Assembly (NCBI GenBank): GCA_038893355.1
Contig: JAWARQ010000005.1
Location: forward strand, 32,001-96,000
Direction of reading: 5' to 3'
Length of the DNA stretch: 64,000 nucleotides
Source: Sulfolobaceae archaeon
GTDB lineage: Archaea; Thermoproteota; Thermoprotei_A; Sulfolobales; Sulfolobaceae
Shown in pieces: positions 29,072-39,800 of this stretch; position 1 is the stretch's first letter, and each line of letters opens with the position of its first letter. The position numbers and the translations under genes were made by a program. A model generated the notes under the pieces. The model had not been told where the DNA came from, ran no database searches, and worked only from the letters and a program-made list of their open reading frames with translations.

Positions 29072-29568
29072 TCATTTAGAATTTCCCTTTCGATTTTCAA
29101 AATTTCTTCACTAGATTTTCCACGATAACTCTCTAGTAATTCTCTATTTAGGTTTATAAAAGTCATTCCCCATTTAATCTTACTTGCAATTTCTAAGGCC
29201 AAATCAATTTCATCTATAATATAAAACGATGCAACTATTGCCTCTAGACTAGATAAGATGTAAGCTTTTGCATAATTTATTGGATTTCCTGCAAGTAAAA
29301 ACGGTAATCTACGCGAGTTAGTATAAAATCTTTTAAAAAATGTTTCATCACTACTTTTCCACGAAGAATCAATTACTGTTATACCTCTTCTTAGTATAAT
29401 ACTCTTATCTTCTATTGACAATATCCTTTTTGAGTAAGGATTTAATATTATACCTTTAGGCCTTTTGATAAACCTACCATAACCTAACCTTACTAGCTTT
29501 TTTCCAGTACATTTTTTCGGATCGTCTTGATCAAAATCTATTATATAAACCTTAATATTGGAGCGCAA
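29056..29568 (-). CDS. tsr3: 16S rRNA aminocarboxypropyltransferase Tsr3
   Basis: QDDPKKCTGKKL, IDSSW, RRLPFLLAGNPINY, LSSLEA, KWGMTF. Confidence 0.92.
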   Translation of the reverse strand: MRSNIKVYIIDFDQDDPKKCTGKKLVRLGYGRFIKRPKGIILNPYSKRILSIEDKSIILRRGITVIDSSWKSSDETFFKRFYTNSRRLPFLLAGNPINYAKAYILSSLEAIVASFYIIDEIDLALEIASKIKWGMTFINLNRELLESYRGKSSEEILKIEREILNEREPQ

Positions 29569-29610
29569 AGTTCTTATAATTCTAAATACTTCACCAAATT
29601 GGTATTAAAG

Positions 29611-29862
29611 TTGCCGGCTGCAATAGTCCTAATAAACACAGATGCAGGAGGAGAAGATGAGGTTATGGAGAAATTAAGGGGAATAAATGAAGTAACTGAA
29701 GCTTACATAGTCTATGGTGTATATGATATAGTAGCAAAAGTAGAAGCTGAGAGTATAGAGAAATTAAAGGATATAGTAACTAACGTAATAAGAAAGATAC
29801 CAAAGGTTAGGTCCACTTTAACGATGATAGTTATGGAAGGTAAAAGTATTTCTAGAAAATAA
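29611..29862 (+). CDS. Stand-alone Lrp/AsnC ligand-binding (RAM) domain protein (start TTG 29611)
   Basis: AIVLINT, VYGVYDIVAKVE, IRKIPKVRSTLTMI; no HTH. Confidence 0.85.
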   Translation: MPAAIVLINTDAGGEDEVMEKLRGINEVTEAYIVYGVYDIVAKVEAESIEKLKDIVTNVIRKIPKVRSTLTMIVMEGKSISRK

Positions 29863-29897
29863 ATATTTATTTTTCTCTTCTTCTTTTTTAATATTAT

Positions 29898-31190
29898 ATG
29901 AAATTAATTATAGGTATTGATGATCATGATTCTCCAGAGGGTGGTTGTACTACTCATTTTGCTACATTATTGATTGAAAAATTTAAAAAAATAACTAATT
30001 TAAAAATTATTGATCTACCTTACCTTATTAGATTAAATCCTAATGTACCTTGGAAAACTAGAGGTAATGGTGCAGTTACAGTAAAGATTGAAACTGAAAG
30101 AAGTATTGAGGAAATTCTGGACATAGTATGGAATGAAAGTGTAGATTATGTAGAAAAAGTCTCAAGGGGTTTCAAGTACGATAGAAAGCCTGGAGTGGTA
30201 GTTATTCCTTATAGTGAAAGAGAACAATTTTTCCAATTTTATATTAAGGCATTGTCTGATATCATAACTAATTCAACTATTAAAGATATAATTTCAAAAT
30301 TTAACGTAAAATATAGGGGTTCTAGGGGAGTCATTGGTAGTTTAGCCGCGATAGGTTTTAAAGGTAATATTACATACGAAATTATATATTATCGAAAATA
30401 TGAGAATATTGGAAAAGATAGAAAAATTAATATTAATAATTTATTAAATTTTGATAGAAAATATTTTCCTATAACATTCGCTAATTATGATTACATTAAG
30501 GGTATACCACTTATAACCCCTAAAGGAAACGATCCCGTATTATTTGGGATTAGAGTTACAAATCTTGGAATAATAGATCCAGATGAAATTAGAAAGATTG
30601 CAGAAGAAGAAGTGGATAAAATTATGATCTTTAAAACTAACCAAGGTACTGATGCCCATTTAGTTAAGCCAGGTGAAAAGCCTTATCAGACATTTTACGG
30701 TGTTGTTACAGTTAAGGAAGTTAAGGTGCTTGAGGGTGGCGATGTTTTAATTAGTACAAATGAAGGAATGGATATTATAGTATTTAAAGAGACTGGAGAA
30801 TTAAATATTGGTGTGAGAGAACTAGAGCGAGATGACGTAATAAAAGTAATAGGTGCAGTAAAGCCTTCATTCTACGATAATAATGTGATAATTGAGGCCG
30901 AAAGAATTGAAATCCTTAAATTAGTACCGAAATATAATATAAGAAACCCTAAATGTCCATATTGTGGTTCTTCCTCTGAATCCTTAGGAAAAAATAAGGG
31001 ATTTAGATGTAAGAGATGCAATAGGAAGTTTTATAAAGAGAAAGAAATGGAAGAAGTCGCTAGGAGCATAAGTGTAGGAGTATATCAGACTAGATATTAT
31101 AGGCACTTAACGAGACCTCTATTTCTTGAACCTACTAATGATGAGTTTGAGTATGATTTAGATTCAGTATTGAGTAAATTTTTAAGATGA
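29898..31190 (+). CDS. tiaS: tRNA(Ile2) agmatinylcytidine synthetase
   Basis: GIDDHDS..GCTTH, RLNPNVPWKTRGNGA, DPVLFGIR, TNQGTDAH, C-terminal Zn ribbon. Confidence 0.95.
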   Translation: MKLIIGIDDHDSPEGGCTTHFATLLIEKFKKITNLKIIDLPYLIRLNPNVPWKTRGNGAVTVKIETERSIEEILDIVWNESVDYVEKVSRGFKYDRKPGVVVIPYSEREQFFQFYIKALSDIITNSTIKDIISKFNVKYRGSRGVIGSLAAIGFKGNITYEIIYYRKYENIGKDRKININNLLNFDRKYFPITFANYDYIKGIPLITPKGNDPVLFGIRVTNLGIIDPDEIRKIAEEEVDKIMIFKTNQGTDAHLVKPGEKPYQTFYGVVTVKEVKVLEGGDVLISTNEGMDIIVFKETGELNIGVRELERDDVIKVIGAVKPSFYDNNVIIEAERIEILKLVPKYNIRNPKCPYCGSSSESLGKNKGFRCKRCNRKFYKEKEMEEVARSISVGVYQTRYYRHLTRPLFLEPTNDEFEYDLDSVLSKFLR

Positions 31191-31208
31191 GCAGAGTATA
31201 ATAGTTAT

Positions 31209-31285
<77 letters not shown>

Positions 31286-31364
31286 TCATATTAACTATAT
31301 TATTTACAAAAATAAAATATCAAATTAAATAAAAATAAATACTTCAGTAGTATTTATTTTATAC

Positions 31365-32408
31365 GTGAATAGGAAAGCTATACCATTAATACTAAGCTGG
31401 GTATTTTGGAGTATAGGATATTATCTTTTCTACCCCTTCTTATCAATATTCTTAAGTAAGATTTTTAATGAATCAGAGATTCCAAAATTTTACTTAATAT
31501 CACAATTTTTTGGTATTTCACTACCGATAATAGGCGGAATATTAGGTGAGAAGATTGGCTATAAAAATACTATAATTATCTCAATGTCACTTAGTGGTAT
31601 GGGATTGATTTTACTTTCATTTTCATACGACTTTACCTCTGCATTATTATTTCAATTTGTTTACTATCTTTATGCCTTATCCCTACCTAACTACTATCTT
31701 TACCTATCATCTATGGGAAAAGGTTATATATCGCTAACATGGGGATACTCAATTCTGCCCTCTCTGATATGCCCTTATTTAGGAGGTTTAATAGCAGAAA
31801 ATTTTGGAATAAGAACAATATTTATCTTTGCCGGTATCTTCTTTATAACATCTGCCTTACCTATATTCCATATTCATAATATTACTGTTAATAAAATTGT
31901 TTATAATAATTATATAAAAATTAATTTAAAATTAAAAAAATTATTTATCCCCTTAATCTGTATTATTCCGATAGCAGTAGTATCACCTTTTATATATTTA
32001 TATGTTTATAATAAATATAATCTAAATTATATTGAGATAGGAATTTTATCAACATTAGCAGAAATATTGGGAATGGTTCTAGTATTTTTACATTATAAAT
32101 TAAAAAAGACAAAACACTTGTTAATAACTTCGCTTATTTTATTCTCCCTTATAGTATTAACATATTATACTCCTTTCACTGTCATTTTCTTTGGCTTATG
32201 GGAAAGTATAATCCCATTATCTTTAGAATATACTATTCCTAAAGATTCTCCTAAATTAATATCGGTTATTAATTCATTGCAATCTATTGCATGGTTAATA
32301 GGGTATCTAATTTCTTACTTAGTTAATACCCCTGATTTACTAATCATTCTATCTTCTATGCTGACTCTAGTTATTGCAATAGTTATTAATTCCATTAAAA
32401 ATCAATAA
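31365..32408 (+). CDS. MFS transporter
   Basis: About 12 hydrophobic segments, motif A-like GGILGEKIGYK, PYLGGLIAENFG. Confidence 0.8.
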   Translation: MNRKAIPLILSWVFWSIGYYLFYPFLSIFLSKIFNESEIPKFYLISQFFGISLPIIGGILGEKIGYKNTIIISMSLSGMGLILLSFSYDFTSALLFQFVYYLYALSLPNYYLYLSSMGKGYISLTWGYSILPSLICPYLGGLIAENFGIRTIFIFAGIFFITSALPIFHIHNITVNKIVYNNYIKINLKLKKLFIPLICIIPIAVVSPFIYLYVYNKYNLNYIEIGILSTLAEILGMVLVFLHYKLKKTKHLLITSLILFSLIVLTYYTPFTVIFFGLWESIIPLSLEYTIPKDSPKLISVINSLQSIAWLIGYLISYLVNTPDLLIILSSMLTLVIAIVINSIKNQ

Positions 32409-32470
32409 AATATAACTTCAATCCCAGAAAGATTATCATAGAATATAAACCTCTATTTTATATAATTTAA

Positions 32471-34456
32471 GTGATAATAATGAACATGGAAGGGTTTATT
32501 GATGAATATAAAAAGAATCAAAATGAAAAAGAAGTAAGTGATTATAATTACAATATTTATAAAAAAATATATAAGGAGAGTATGGAAGAGCCGGAAAAAT
32601 TTTGGACTAAGATTGCTAGCGAATTAATTGATTGGTTTAAACCATGGTATCAAGTATTTAAGCAAGATGGATATTTAACGAAATGGTTTATTGGTGGTGA
32701 ACTAAATGCTAGCTATAATGCTGTAGATAGACATTTAAATTCACCTAGAAAATATAAGGCTGCAATAATTTGGGAAAGTGAAATAGGGGAAAGAAGAAGT
32801 ATAACTTACCAGGAACTATTTTATGAGGTAAATAAGTGGTCTAATGCACTGAAACAATTAGGGGTAACTAAAGGTGATAGAGTTACAATATATATGCCAT
32901 TAACCCCTGAAGGAATTATAGCAATGCTTGCAACAGTTAGGATAGGCGCAATACATAGCGTGGTATTTGCAGGATTTGGTGCTCAAGCACTAGCAGATCG
33001 GATACTTGATGCCGAATCTAAAGTAATTATTACTGCAGATGGTTTCTATAGAAGGGGTAAACTAGTAGAATTAAAGAAGACAGTTGATGAAGCTTTAAAG
33101 ATCTTAGGTGATAAAAGTCCAGTAAAAAATGTAATTATTTGGAGAAGGTTAGGCATAGAAGTTTCATTTAACGAGAAGAGGGATATCGAATTTGAAAAGA
33201 TTGGTAAGTATAAATATATAGAACCAGTTAGTGTAGAAGCTACACATCCATTGTATATCCTTTATACCTCCGGAACTACCGGTAAACCGAAGGGAATAGT
33301 TCATAGTACTGGTGGATATTTAGTAGGAACTGCATATATGGGAATTTTAACTTATGGTCTAGATGATGAAGATTCAGCCTTATATAATACCTCAGATATA
33401 GGATGGGTAGTTGGCCATTCCTATATTACCTACGCACCATTAGTATTAGGTAGGACTGTAATAATTTATGAGAGTGCACCAGACTATCCTTATCCTAGCA
33501 AATGGGCTGAAATAATAGAGAAGTACAGAGCTACAGCATTTGGAACATCAGCTACTGCATTAAGGTATATGATGAGGTATGGAGAGAACATTATAAAAGA
33601 TTATGATTTATCCTCTTTAAAGGTTATAATAACTAATGGAGAACCCTTAAACTTTGCACCATGGAAATTTGGATTAGAAGTTATAGGAAGAGGTAATGTT
33701 TACATGTCGCATCAATGGTGGCAAACGGAAACGGGAGCTCCGAATATAGGATATATGCCAGGTTTAATATACTTACGCATGAAGCCTGGGCCAGTCTGCG
33801 GGTTACCATTACCTGGTAATAGGGTGAAAGTTTATACTGATTCTGGCAATGAGGCTAGTCCAAATGAGAAAGGATACTTAGTTTTACTTCCGCCTTATCC
33901 ACCATCTATGATGATAGGTATGTGGAATGATGCTAATAGTGAGAGGTTATATAAGAGCTATTTTGCAAAATTCAAGGACGTTTACTATACTGGTGATTTT
34001 GCATATTATGATGAAGATGGATATATAACAGTAAGTGGAAGAGCTGATGAGACTATAAAAGTTGCTGGACATAGAATAGGTGCAGGTGAATTAGAATCGA
34101 TAATTACATCGCATCCAGCAGTCGCAGAGGCTGGAGTAGTAGGAATACCAGACCCAGTTAAGGGCGAATCTATACATGCTTTTGTAGTACTTAAACTGGG
34201 TTTTGAAAAAAGTGAAAGTTTAGCAAAGGACATCCAAGAACATGTAAAGAGGAACATGGGACCCATTGCAGTGCCGACAATACATTTTATTAGTAAGTTG
34301 CCTAAAACTAGATCGGGAAAGGTGATGAGGAGAGTAATCAAAGCTGTATTATTAGGAAATCCTATTGGGGATCTATCTACATTAGAGGATGAGGCATCGA
34401 TGGAGGAGATAAAAAAAGTTATCGAAGAGATGAAAAAAGAAGTTAACAAACTATAA
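32471..34456 (+). CDS. acs: AMP-forming acetyl-CoA (short-chain acyl-CoA) synthetase
   Basis: [35 protein letters not shown]. Confidence 0.9.
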   Translation: MIIMNMEGFIDEYKKNQNEKEVSDYNYNIYKKIYKESMEEPEKFWTKIASELIDWFKPWYQVFKQDGYLTKWFIGGELNASYNAVDRHLNSPRKYKAAIIWESEIGERRSITYQELFYEVNKWSNALKQLGVTKGDRVTIYMPLTPEGIIAMLATVRIGAIHSVVFAGFGAQALADRILDAESKVIITADGFYRRGKLVELKKTVDEALKILGDKSPVKNVIIWRRLGIEVSFNEKRDIEFEKIGKYKYIEPVSVEATHPLYILYTSGTTGKPKGIVHSTGGYLVGTAYMGILTYGLDDEDSALYNTSDIGWVVGHSYITYAPLVLGRTVIIYESAPDYPYPSKWAEIIEKYRATAFGTSATALRYMMRYGENIIKDYDLSSLKVIITNGEPLNFAPWKFGLEVIGRGNVYMSHQWWQTETGAPNIGYMPGLIYLRMKPGPVCGLPLPGNRVKVYTDSGNEASPNEKGYLVLLPPYPPSMMIGMWNDANSERLYKSYFAKFKDVYYTGDFAYYDEDGYITVSGRADETIKVAGHRIGAGELESIITSHPAVAEAGVVGIPDPVKGESIHAFVVLKLGFEKSESLAKDIQEHVKRNMGPIAVPTIHFISKLPKTRSGKVMRRVIKAVLLGNPIGDLSTLEDEASMEEIKKVIEEMKKEVNKL

Positions 34457-35149
34457 TTATTTCTTAAAATTAAAAGCCTTATTAAAATTATTTTTAATTA
34501 TCTTATTTAATTCGTTTATATCTATTTCCTTTACTTTAGATATATATTCTAAAGCTTCTATTATATGTATAGGCTCAAGCATTCTACCTCTATACTCATA
34601 TCCACCATCGCTCTCCGTTAAGATGATGCTTATATCTGCCTTCTCTACTACCTCCTGATGTTTTTTCTGAAACGTTACGGATGGGTTAACAGTTATGAAG
34701 TAACCCATAGCCTCTATATCCTTCAAGAGATCAATCGGCCCGGTATACCAATGAAATATGGCCCTCTTAACGTTATATTTTACTAATAAGTCAAAAGTTT
34801 CTCTCCATGCATCTAATGCATGTACATTTAAGGTCTTATCTTCCGAATTAAGAATAAATTTCTTAAAAACCTCAATCTGGAGGTCTTTTGGGGCCTTAGC
34901 AAATCTAAAATCTAAACCAACCTCCCCTATGAAGTCTGCATTATTTATAAGTGGTAAAACTCTTTCAATATTCTCCTCATGAACTCTCCATGGGTGAATT
35001 CCAATTCCTCTTAAAATATTCTTATCGGAAATTGAAAGAGTTTCAATTGAAGTAAGATAATCCATTGAAACTGCTGCTATTATAAAATCTTTATATTTTT
35101 TACTTTTAATAAAATTATAATGACAATGTGCATCATAAAAATAATTCAT
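34457..35149 (-). CDS. tatD: TatD-family nuclease
   Basis: DAHCH, GIHPW, IGEVGLD, FHWYTG, LTESD. Confidence 0.88.
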   Translation of the reverse strand: MNYFYDAHCHYNFIKSKKYKDFIIAAVSMDYLTSIETLSISDKNILRGIGIHPWRVHEENIERVLPLINNADFIGEVGLDFRFAKAPKDLQIEVFKKFILNSEDKTLNVHALDAWRETFDLLVKYNVKRAIFHWYTGPIDLLKDIEAMGYFITVNPSVTFQKKHQEVVEKADISIILTESDGGYEYRGRMLEPIHIIEALEYISKVKEIDINELNKIIKNNFNKAFNFKK

Positions 35150-35170
35150 ACCATGGATAATAAAATAATT

Positions 35171-35563
35171 TCAGCTTAATAAAATCGTTACTCTAACATC
35201 AATGTAGTCCCCCAAAAATCTAAACGTCAAATTCTTATTAGAGTAGAAGCTATATTTTAAATAACTGCCATACTCATTAATTACTACTTTTGAATTATTA
35301 TATAGAATTATATGAATTGGCATCACTGACGTTATGGTTATGTTAACTTTACCTGCATGATCTAAACTTATTGGGTATGAGATATCAGAAGTAGAATTAG
35401 AGGTTATATGAAATTGATAGATAAGATAAGTAAAGTTAGATAACTCCTTTGTCTCTATCGTTTGTGGTGAAGAAGATACTTGATTTGATGGAGTTAAATG
35501 CGTTAATACAAAAACGATCCCTAAAATTAAAATCATTGCAATTATTATTTTAGCTACAGCCAT
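35171..35563 (-). CDS. Membrane-anchored/secreted hypothetical protein
   Basis: N-terminal hydrophobic helix, S/T linker, beta-rich domain with several NxS/T sequons. Confidence 0.65.
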   Translation of the reverse strand: MAVAKIIIAMILILGIVFVLTHLTPSNQVSSSPQTIETKELSNFTYLIYQFHITSNSTSDISYPISLDHAGKVNITITSVMPIHIILYNNSKVVINEYGSYLKYSFYSNKNLTFRFLGDYIDVRVTILLS

Positions 35564-35628
35564 GTGGTATTTCTAACGTTGTATTATCTTTTAAATAGTT
35601 GTATTCGGTAATACAAAATAGAGTTCTA

Positions 35629-36096
35629 TTAATTATAATAATTTCTTAAATCTAATATTCCCAAAACTTCACCATCTCCATTATAAACTATCTTAAAACC
35701 TAGCTTCTTACCTAGTTTTATCATTGGAGTATTTGTTGCCAATGCATAAAATTTAATCTGTGGTAAACCGAGCTTTTTTGCCTCATTAATTATGAACTTC
35801 AGAAGATTATATCCTATACCATGATTCCTATATCTAGGGTCTACTACTATTCCAAATTCTCCATCACCACATAATGTTACTTCACCTACTATTTCTCCAT
35901 TTACCTCAGCAACTACTATTATCTTATCTTTAGAAGTCAAATTTCTTATTATATCTTCTTTAAATATTTTCCTTAAGGAAAAGAATCTATAATATATGTC
36001 TTCAGCAGATAGCCTCTGATATAATTTATAAATTTTATCAGCATCTTCAATCGTAGCAAATCTGTACTTAATTAATAATCCTTCTTGCTGTAACAT
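35629..36096 (-). CDS. pat: GNAT protein lysine acetyltransferase, Sulfolobus Pat-type
   Basis: LSAEDIYYRFF, VGEVTL..DGEF.IVV..YR..GIG, NTPMIKLGKKLGF, as recalled for S. solfataricus Pat. Confidence 0.8.
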   Translation of the reverse strand: MLQQEGLLIKYRFATIEDADKIYKLYQRLSAEDIYYRFFSLRKIFKEDIIRNLTSKDKIIVVAEVNGEIVGEVTLCGDGEFGIVVDPRYRNHGIGYNLLKFIINEAKKLGLPQIKFYALATNTPMIKLGKKLGFKIVYNGDGEVLGILDLRNYYN

Positions 36097-36233
36097 TTCT
36101 ATCTGTGTTTATACTTTTGAATTTAGATTTAAATCTTTATCCCCTATACTTATACACAAATTTACATGTTTAAATATAAGTGTAAAGCTGTGTTGCAAAA
36201 TTTATATTATATTTTATTATCAAGAAAAATATG

Positions 36234-36283
36234 ATGATGAGAAAAGGGTACAGATAAAAAATGAAGAAGGTCTTGAGTACTGA
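36234..36283 (+). ncRNA. Box C/D guide sRNA (D guide predicted for tRNA-Leu(CAA) C34)
   Basis: C ATGATGA 36234-40, D' CAGA 36251-54, C' ATGAAGA 36261-67, D CTGA 36280-83; intergenic, TATA-like element upstream, T-run downstream. Confidence 0.85.
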
Positions 36284-36314
36284 TATTTTTAATGGATAAA
36301 GACTAAGTTATATC

Positions 36315-37688
36315 ATGGGTAGGCTATTTGGTACTGACGGTGTAAGGGGTGTTATTAATAGAGAATTAACTCCAGAACTTGCACTTAGGTTAGGAAAGGC
36401 AATTGGTTCTTATTTCGGTAAAGGTTCAAAGATACTTATAGGGAGGGATGTTAGAGCTGGTGGGGAGATGATACTAAGAGCATTGGAAAGTGGCTTGTTA
36501 AGTGTGGGAGTTAGAGTATTTGAAGGTGGTTTAGCACCAACTCCTGCACTACAATATGCTGTCAAAACTTTAGGGTACGATGGGGGAGTAATAGTTACTG
36601 CTAGCCATAATCCGCCAGAGTATAATGGTATAAAGGTAATAAGTCATGAAGGTATAGAAATTAATAGAGAAGCTGAAGAGGAAGTAGAGGAGTACTTCTT
36701 TAATGAGAAGTTTCTCTCAGTAGATTGGCTAGAATTATTTAATGAAGTAAAAAAGGAGGACAAAGTCATATCGAATTATGTTCAAGGAATTTTATCACAT
36801 GTAGATAAAGAAAAGATTTGTTCAAAAAATTTTAGAGTTTTAATTGATCCAGGGAATAGTGTTGGATCATTAACGTCACCAACAATAGCTAGAGAGTTAT
36901 GCTGTAAGTATTATGTAATTAATGGAAATTTAGACCCTTATTTTCCTGCAAGACATCCAGAGCCTACTATGGAAACATTACAGGAAACATCGATAATAGC
37001 TAAGAGCCTTGGCGTAGATTTAGGTGTGGCACATGATGGTGATGCAGATAGAGCGATATTTATAGATTCGTTAGGTAGGATTCAATGGGGTGATAGAAGT
37101 GGTACTTTATTAGCAGAATATGCATGGAATAAGGAAAAAGGAGGAACTAGGCAGAAAGTAGTTGTTACTGCAGTATCTTCATCTGGGCTTGTAGAGGAGT
37201 ATCTTTCTCCTAAATCATTTAGAATTGTGTGGACTCCCGTGGGGAGTATAGGAATTGCATATAAGTTAAAGCAAGAGAACGGCATAGCGGGATTTGAGGA
37301 AAATGGTGGTTTTATTTTTCCTCCTCATCAATATGTAAGGGATGGTGGGATGACTTTTGCACTAATGCTAGAGTTACTAGCTATCGAGAATATTTCCTCT
37401 GCAGAACTTTTTAATAAATTACCAAACTATTATCCTTTAAAAACGAAAATACCTTTAAATAAAGTTAAAAACGTTAATAAGCTATATGAAGATTTGATAA
37501 GAATATATGGCAATAAAGGTACTGTAATAACTATTGATGGGGTTAAAGTTATTGGGAAAGATTTTTGGTTTCTAGTTAGAAAGAGTGGTACTGAGCCTAT
37601 ATTGAGAATCATGCTAGAGGCTAAAGATGTTGAATCTGCACAAAAATTATTAAGTGAAATTCAGAAGTTAGCATTAGAAGGAAGTTGA
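36315..37688 (+). CDS. glmM: Phosphohexomutase (phosphoglucosamine mutase / PGM-PMM)
   Basis: [34 protein letters not shown]. Confidence 0.88.
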   Translation: MGRLFGTDGVRGVINRELTPELALRLGKAIGSYFGKGSKILIGRDVRAGGEMILRALESGLLSVGVRVFEGGLAPTPALQYAVKTLGYDGGVIVTASHNPPEYNGIKVISHEGIEINREAEEEVEEYFFNEKFLSVDWLELFNEVKKEDKVISNYVQGILSHVDKEKICSKNFRVLIDPGNSVGSLTSPTIARELCCKYYVINGNLDPYFPARHPEPTMETLQETSIIAKSLGVDLGVAHDGDADRAIFIDSLGRIQWGDRSGTLLAEYAWNKEKGGTRQKVVVTAVSSSGLVEEYLSPKSFRIVWTPVGSIGIAYKLKQENGIAGFEENGGFIFPPHQYVRDGGMTFALMLELLAIENISSAELFNKLPNYYPLKTKIPLNKVKNVNKLYEDLIRIYGNKGTVITIDGVKVIGKDFWFLVRKSGTEPILRIMLEAKDVESAQKLLSEIQKLALEGS

Positions 37689-38068
37689 AGTATAGGTTAA
37701 TGGATCTTTTAGCTTGTCCTATGTGCAAGAAATTTCCTCTAAGGCTATTTATATTTTCAAAAAATACTGTACAAAGAGAAATTAATGAAACAAAGCCTTT
37801 ATGTGAAATTTATTGTTCATATAAAGATAGGCAAGTTAGTGAACTTCAAAATCCTCCTTGCGAGGAATGTATAAAATACGAAATTGTGGAAGGCCTATTA
37901 TATTGTGATAATTGTAGGAGATGGTATCCTATAATAGATGAAATCCCTAGAATGCTACCAGATAATTTAAGAAGAAAAGAAGAGGAATTAAAATTTTTGG
38001 CTAGACATAAGGATGAATTACCTAAAGATATAGTGGAGAATGGCCTTCCATTTAACCTTAAGAGTTAA
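37685..38068 (+). CDS. trm112: Trm112-family methyltransferase activator
   Basis: [34 protein letters not shown]. Confidence 0.88.
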   Translation: MKYRLMDLLACPMCKKFPLRLFIFSKNTVQREINETKPLCEIYCSYKDRQVSELQNPPCEECIKYEIVEGLLYCDNCRRWYPIIDEIPRMLPDNLRRKEEELKFLARHKDELPKDIVENGLPFNLKS

Positions 38069-38106
38069 CTATTAGAGCTTATTAAGGGGGAAAGTGATAA
38101 GAAACT

Positions 38107-38541
38107 ATGGGACAACAAATGGAAAGCGGATTTCTCGCAAATTTAGATGAATGGATAAAAATGCAAAAAAATTTATTGAATACATTAAGAGAGCTTGAGA
38201 AGAAGTATGCAAATGAGACAGAGGATAGATTAGATTTAATACTAGCAGCAAGAACTGCATTCCAGCATATTATAAGAACTATAAGAGCTTTTGATCAATG
38301 GTTACAAGATCCTATGGTAATTAAGCATATGCCTAAAGAAATGCTAGAAGATGTTAGGAAAACTAGTTGGTCCTTATTACAACAATTATTAGAGCTTGAT
38401 ATTAGACATACTACTCAATTTAAAGAAATAATAATGAAGTTAAGTAAAGAAGGGAAATTAGATCCATTAATTTGGACCAGACCGTTAATTAGTGAAGAAC
38501 AAGGGGTACAAGGAAGAAGAGGTACAATGACTACGATGTAA
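38107..38541 (+). CDS. DUF2153 family protein
   Basis: [27 protein letters not shown]. Confidence 0.75.
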   Translation: MGQQMESGFLANLDEWIKMQKNLLNTLRELEKKYANETEDRLDLILAARTAFQHIIRTIRAFDQWLQDPMVIKHMPKEMLEDVRKTSWSLLQQLLELDIRHTTQFKEIIMKLSKEGKLDPLIWTRPLISEEQGVQGRRGTMTTM

Positions 38542-38542
38542 A

Positions 38543-39013
38543 TTATCTCCTAAGCATTTTTCTTTCATTCCTTAACTTTAGCATGTATTCTTGCTCTATT
38601 GCTGTAATTTTAGTTTTTAACTCGTTTAAAGCCTGATTTAAATTATTTTTAAATCCTTCATCTATACTTGAATTTTCGAGAACTTCTAAGCCTTTATTAG
38701 TAACCTTAAGGCGCTTTGTAACTTGATCTATCTCGATGTAACCTAGATATAATAATGAAGTGATATCTTCCTTTAAAGCAGGGCTCGAAATATTATTTCC
38801 TATTTGTATAATATTATAGCCTAAATCTATACTTTTATTTTTTAACTCATTTATCAATAATAACATACCTTTTTCTGAAATACTTTCCATTTGCTTTATT
38901 AAATAAAGTAGATATAATTTTTTCTTATCTTCTAGAATTATATTAGGGTTAATTACTTGTTTTGTAACTATTTTTAACTCCTTCCTGCTAGTCTGTGACC
39001 CAGCTTGTGACAA
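38543..39013 (-). CDS. Hypothetical winged-helix protein
   Basis: LLYLGYIEID...LKVTNKGLEVL wing motif. Confidence 0.6.
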   Translation of the reverse strand: MSQAGSQTSRKELKIVTKQVINPNIILEDKKKLYLLYLIKQMESISEKGMLLLINELKNKSIDLGYNIIQIGNNISSPALKEDITSLLYLGYIEIDQVTKRLKVTNKGLEVLENSSIDEGFKNNLNQALNELKTKITAIEQEYMLKLRNERKMLRR

Positions 39014-39034
39014 AATTTAACACCTAATACTAAT

Positions 39035-39724
39035 TTATTTCATCCCCTTTATTATCTTAACGATCTCGAGCGTTGAAGCATAAGGGTCTCTGCTCCTAGT
39101 TATCGCACTACCGACGACGTAAATATTTATAGGTAAATTAATAAGATTAATTATATTACTAGAATTAAGACCACCAGCAACAGAGACTAACACGCCTAAT
39201 CTACTTATTTCTTTAATCTCTTCATGCAACTCAGCTACTGTAATTCCTCTTTTTCTTTGAACATCAATACCAACATGTAAGCCTATAATATCCACTCCTA
39301 GATCTCTCAATTCTTTAGATCTTTGTACAACATCTTTTACATTAATTAGATCAGCTTCAACAAGCATTTCATTTTCTCTTGCCTTCTTTACAGCAATTTC
39401 TATAGTTGAGTCGTCCATTATGCCCAATACTGTAATTATATCTGAGCCACCAATCTTTGCAATCTCAACTTCTATATCGCCTGCATCCGCTGTTTTCATG
39501 TCTGCTAAAAGAACCTTATTACCAATGTTTTCCCTTAAGGTTCTTAAACCTCTATATCCTTCTGCCTTTATTAGGGGAGTTCCAGCTTCGATTATGTCTG
39601 CACCAGCATCAATGGCCTTCTGAGCTATCCTTACTGCATCTTGTATATTTGTTAAATCTAGTGCAACTTGTAAATTTTTCCTTTCCCTTAACTTTCTTAA
39701 TAATTCCTCTCTCACAATTTTCAA
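39035..39724 (-). CDS. hps: 3-hexulose-6-phosphate synthase
   Basis: LQVALD, IEAGTPLIK, ADMKTADAG, HVGIDVQ, VAGG. Confidence 0.9.
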   Translation of the reverse strand: MKIVREELLRKLRERKNLQVALDLTNIQDAVRIAQKAIDAGADIIEAGTPLIKAEGYRGLRTLRENIGNKVLLADMKTADAGDIEVEIAKIGGSDIITVLGIMDDSTIEIAVKKARENEMLVEADLINVKDVVQRSKELRDLGVDIIGLHVGIDVQRKRGITVAELHEEIKEISRLGVLVSVAGGLNSSNIINLINLPINIYVVGSAITRSRDPYASTLEIVKIIKGMK

Positions 39725-39800
39725 ATAGGATAGGGTATTATTAATTTAGCCTATAGTTTAGATTTAAAAGTTGTAGATGTGTAATTTCTCTGTGATTTAA

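Noticed and set aside
31138-31195. ATGATGA at the end of tiaS as a possible box C
   Set aside because: No properly spaced D', C' or D boxes
31365-31420. MNRKA/IPLIL start resembling a class III signal peptide
   Set aside because: It is TM1 of a 12-TM MFS transporter
35171-35563. Candidate pilin for the aapEF system
   Set aside because: No class III signal peptide ([KR][GA] followed by a hydrophobic helix); looks like an ordinary membrane-anchored protein
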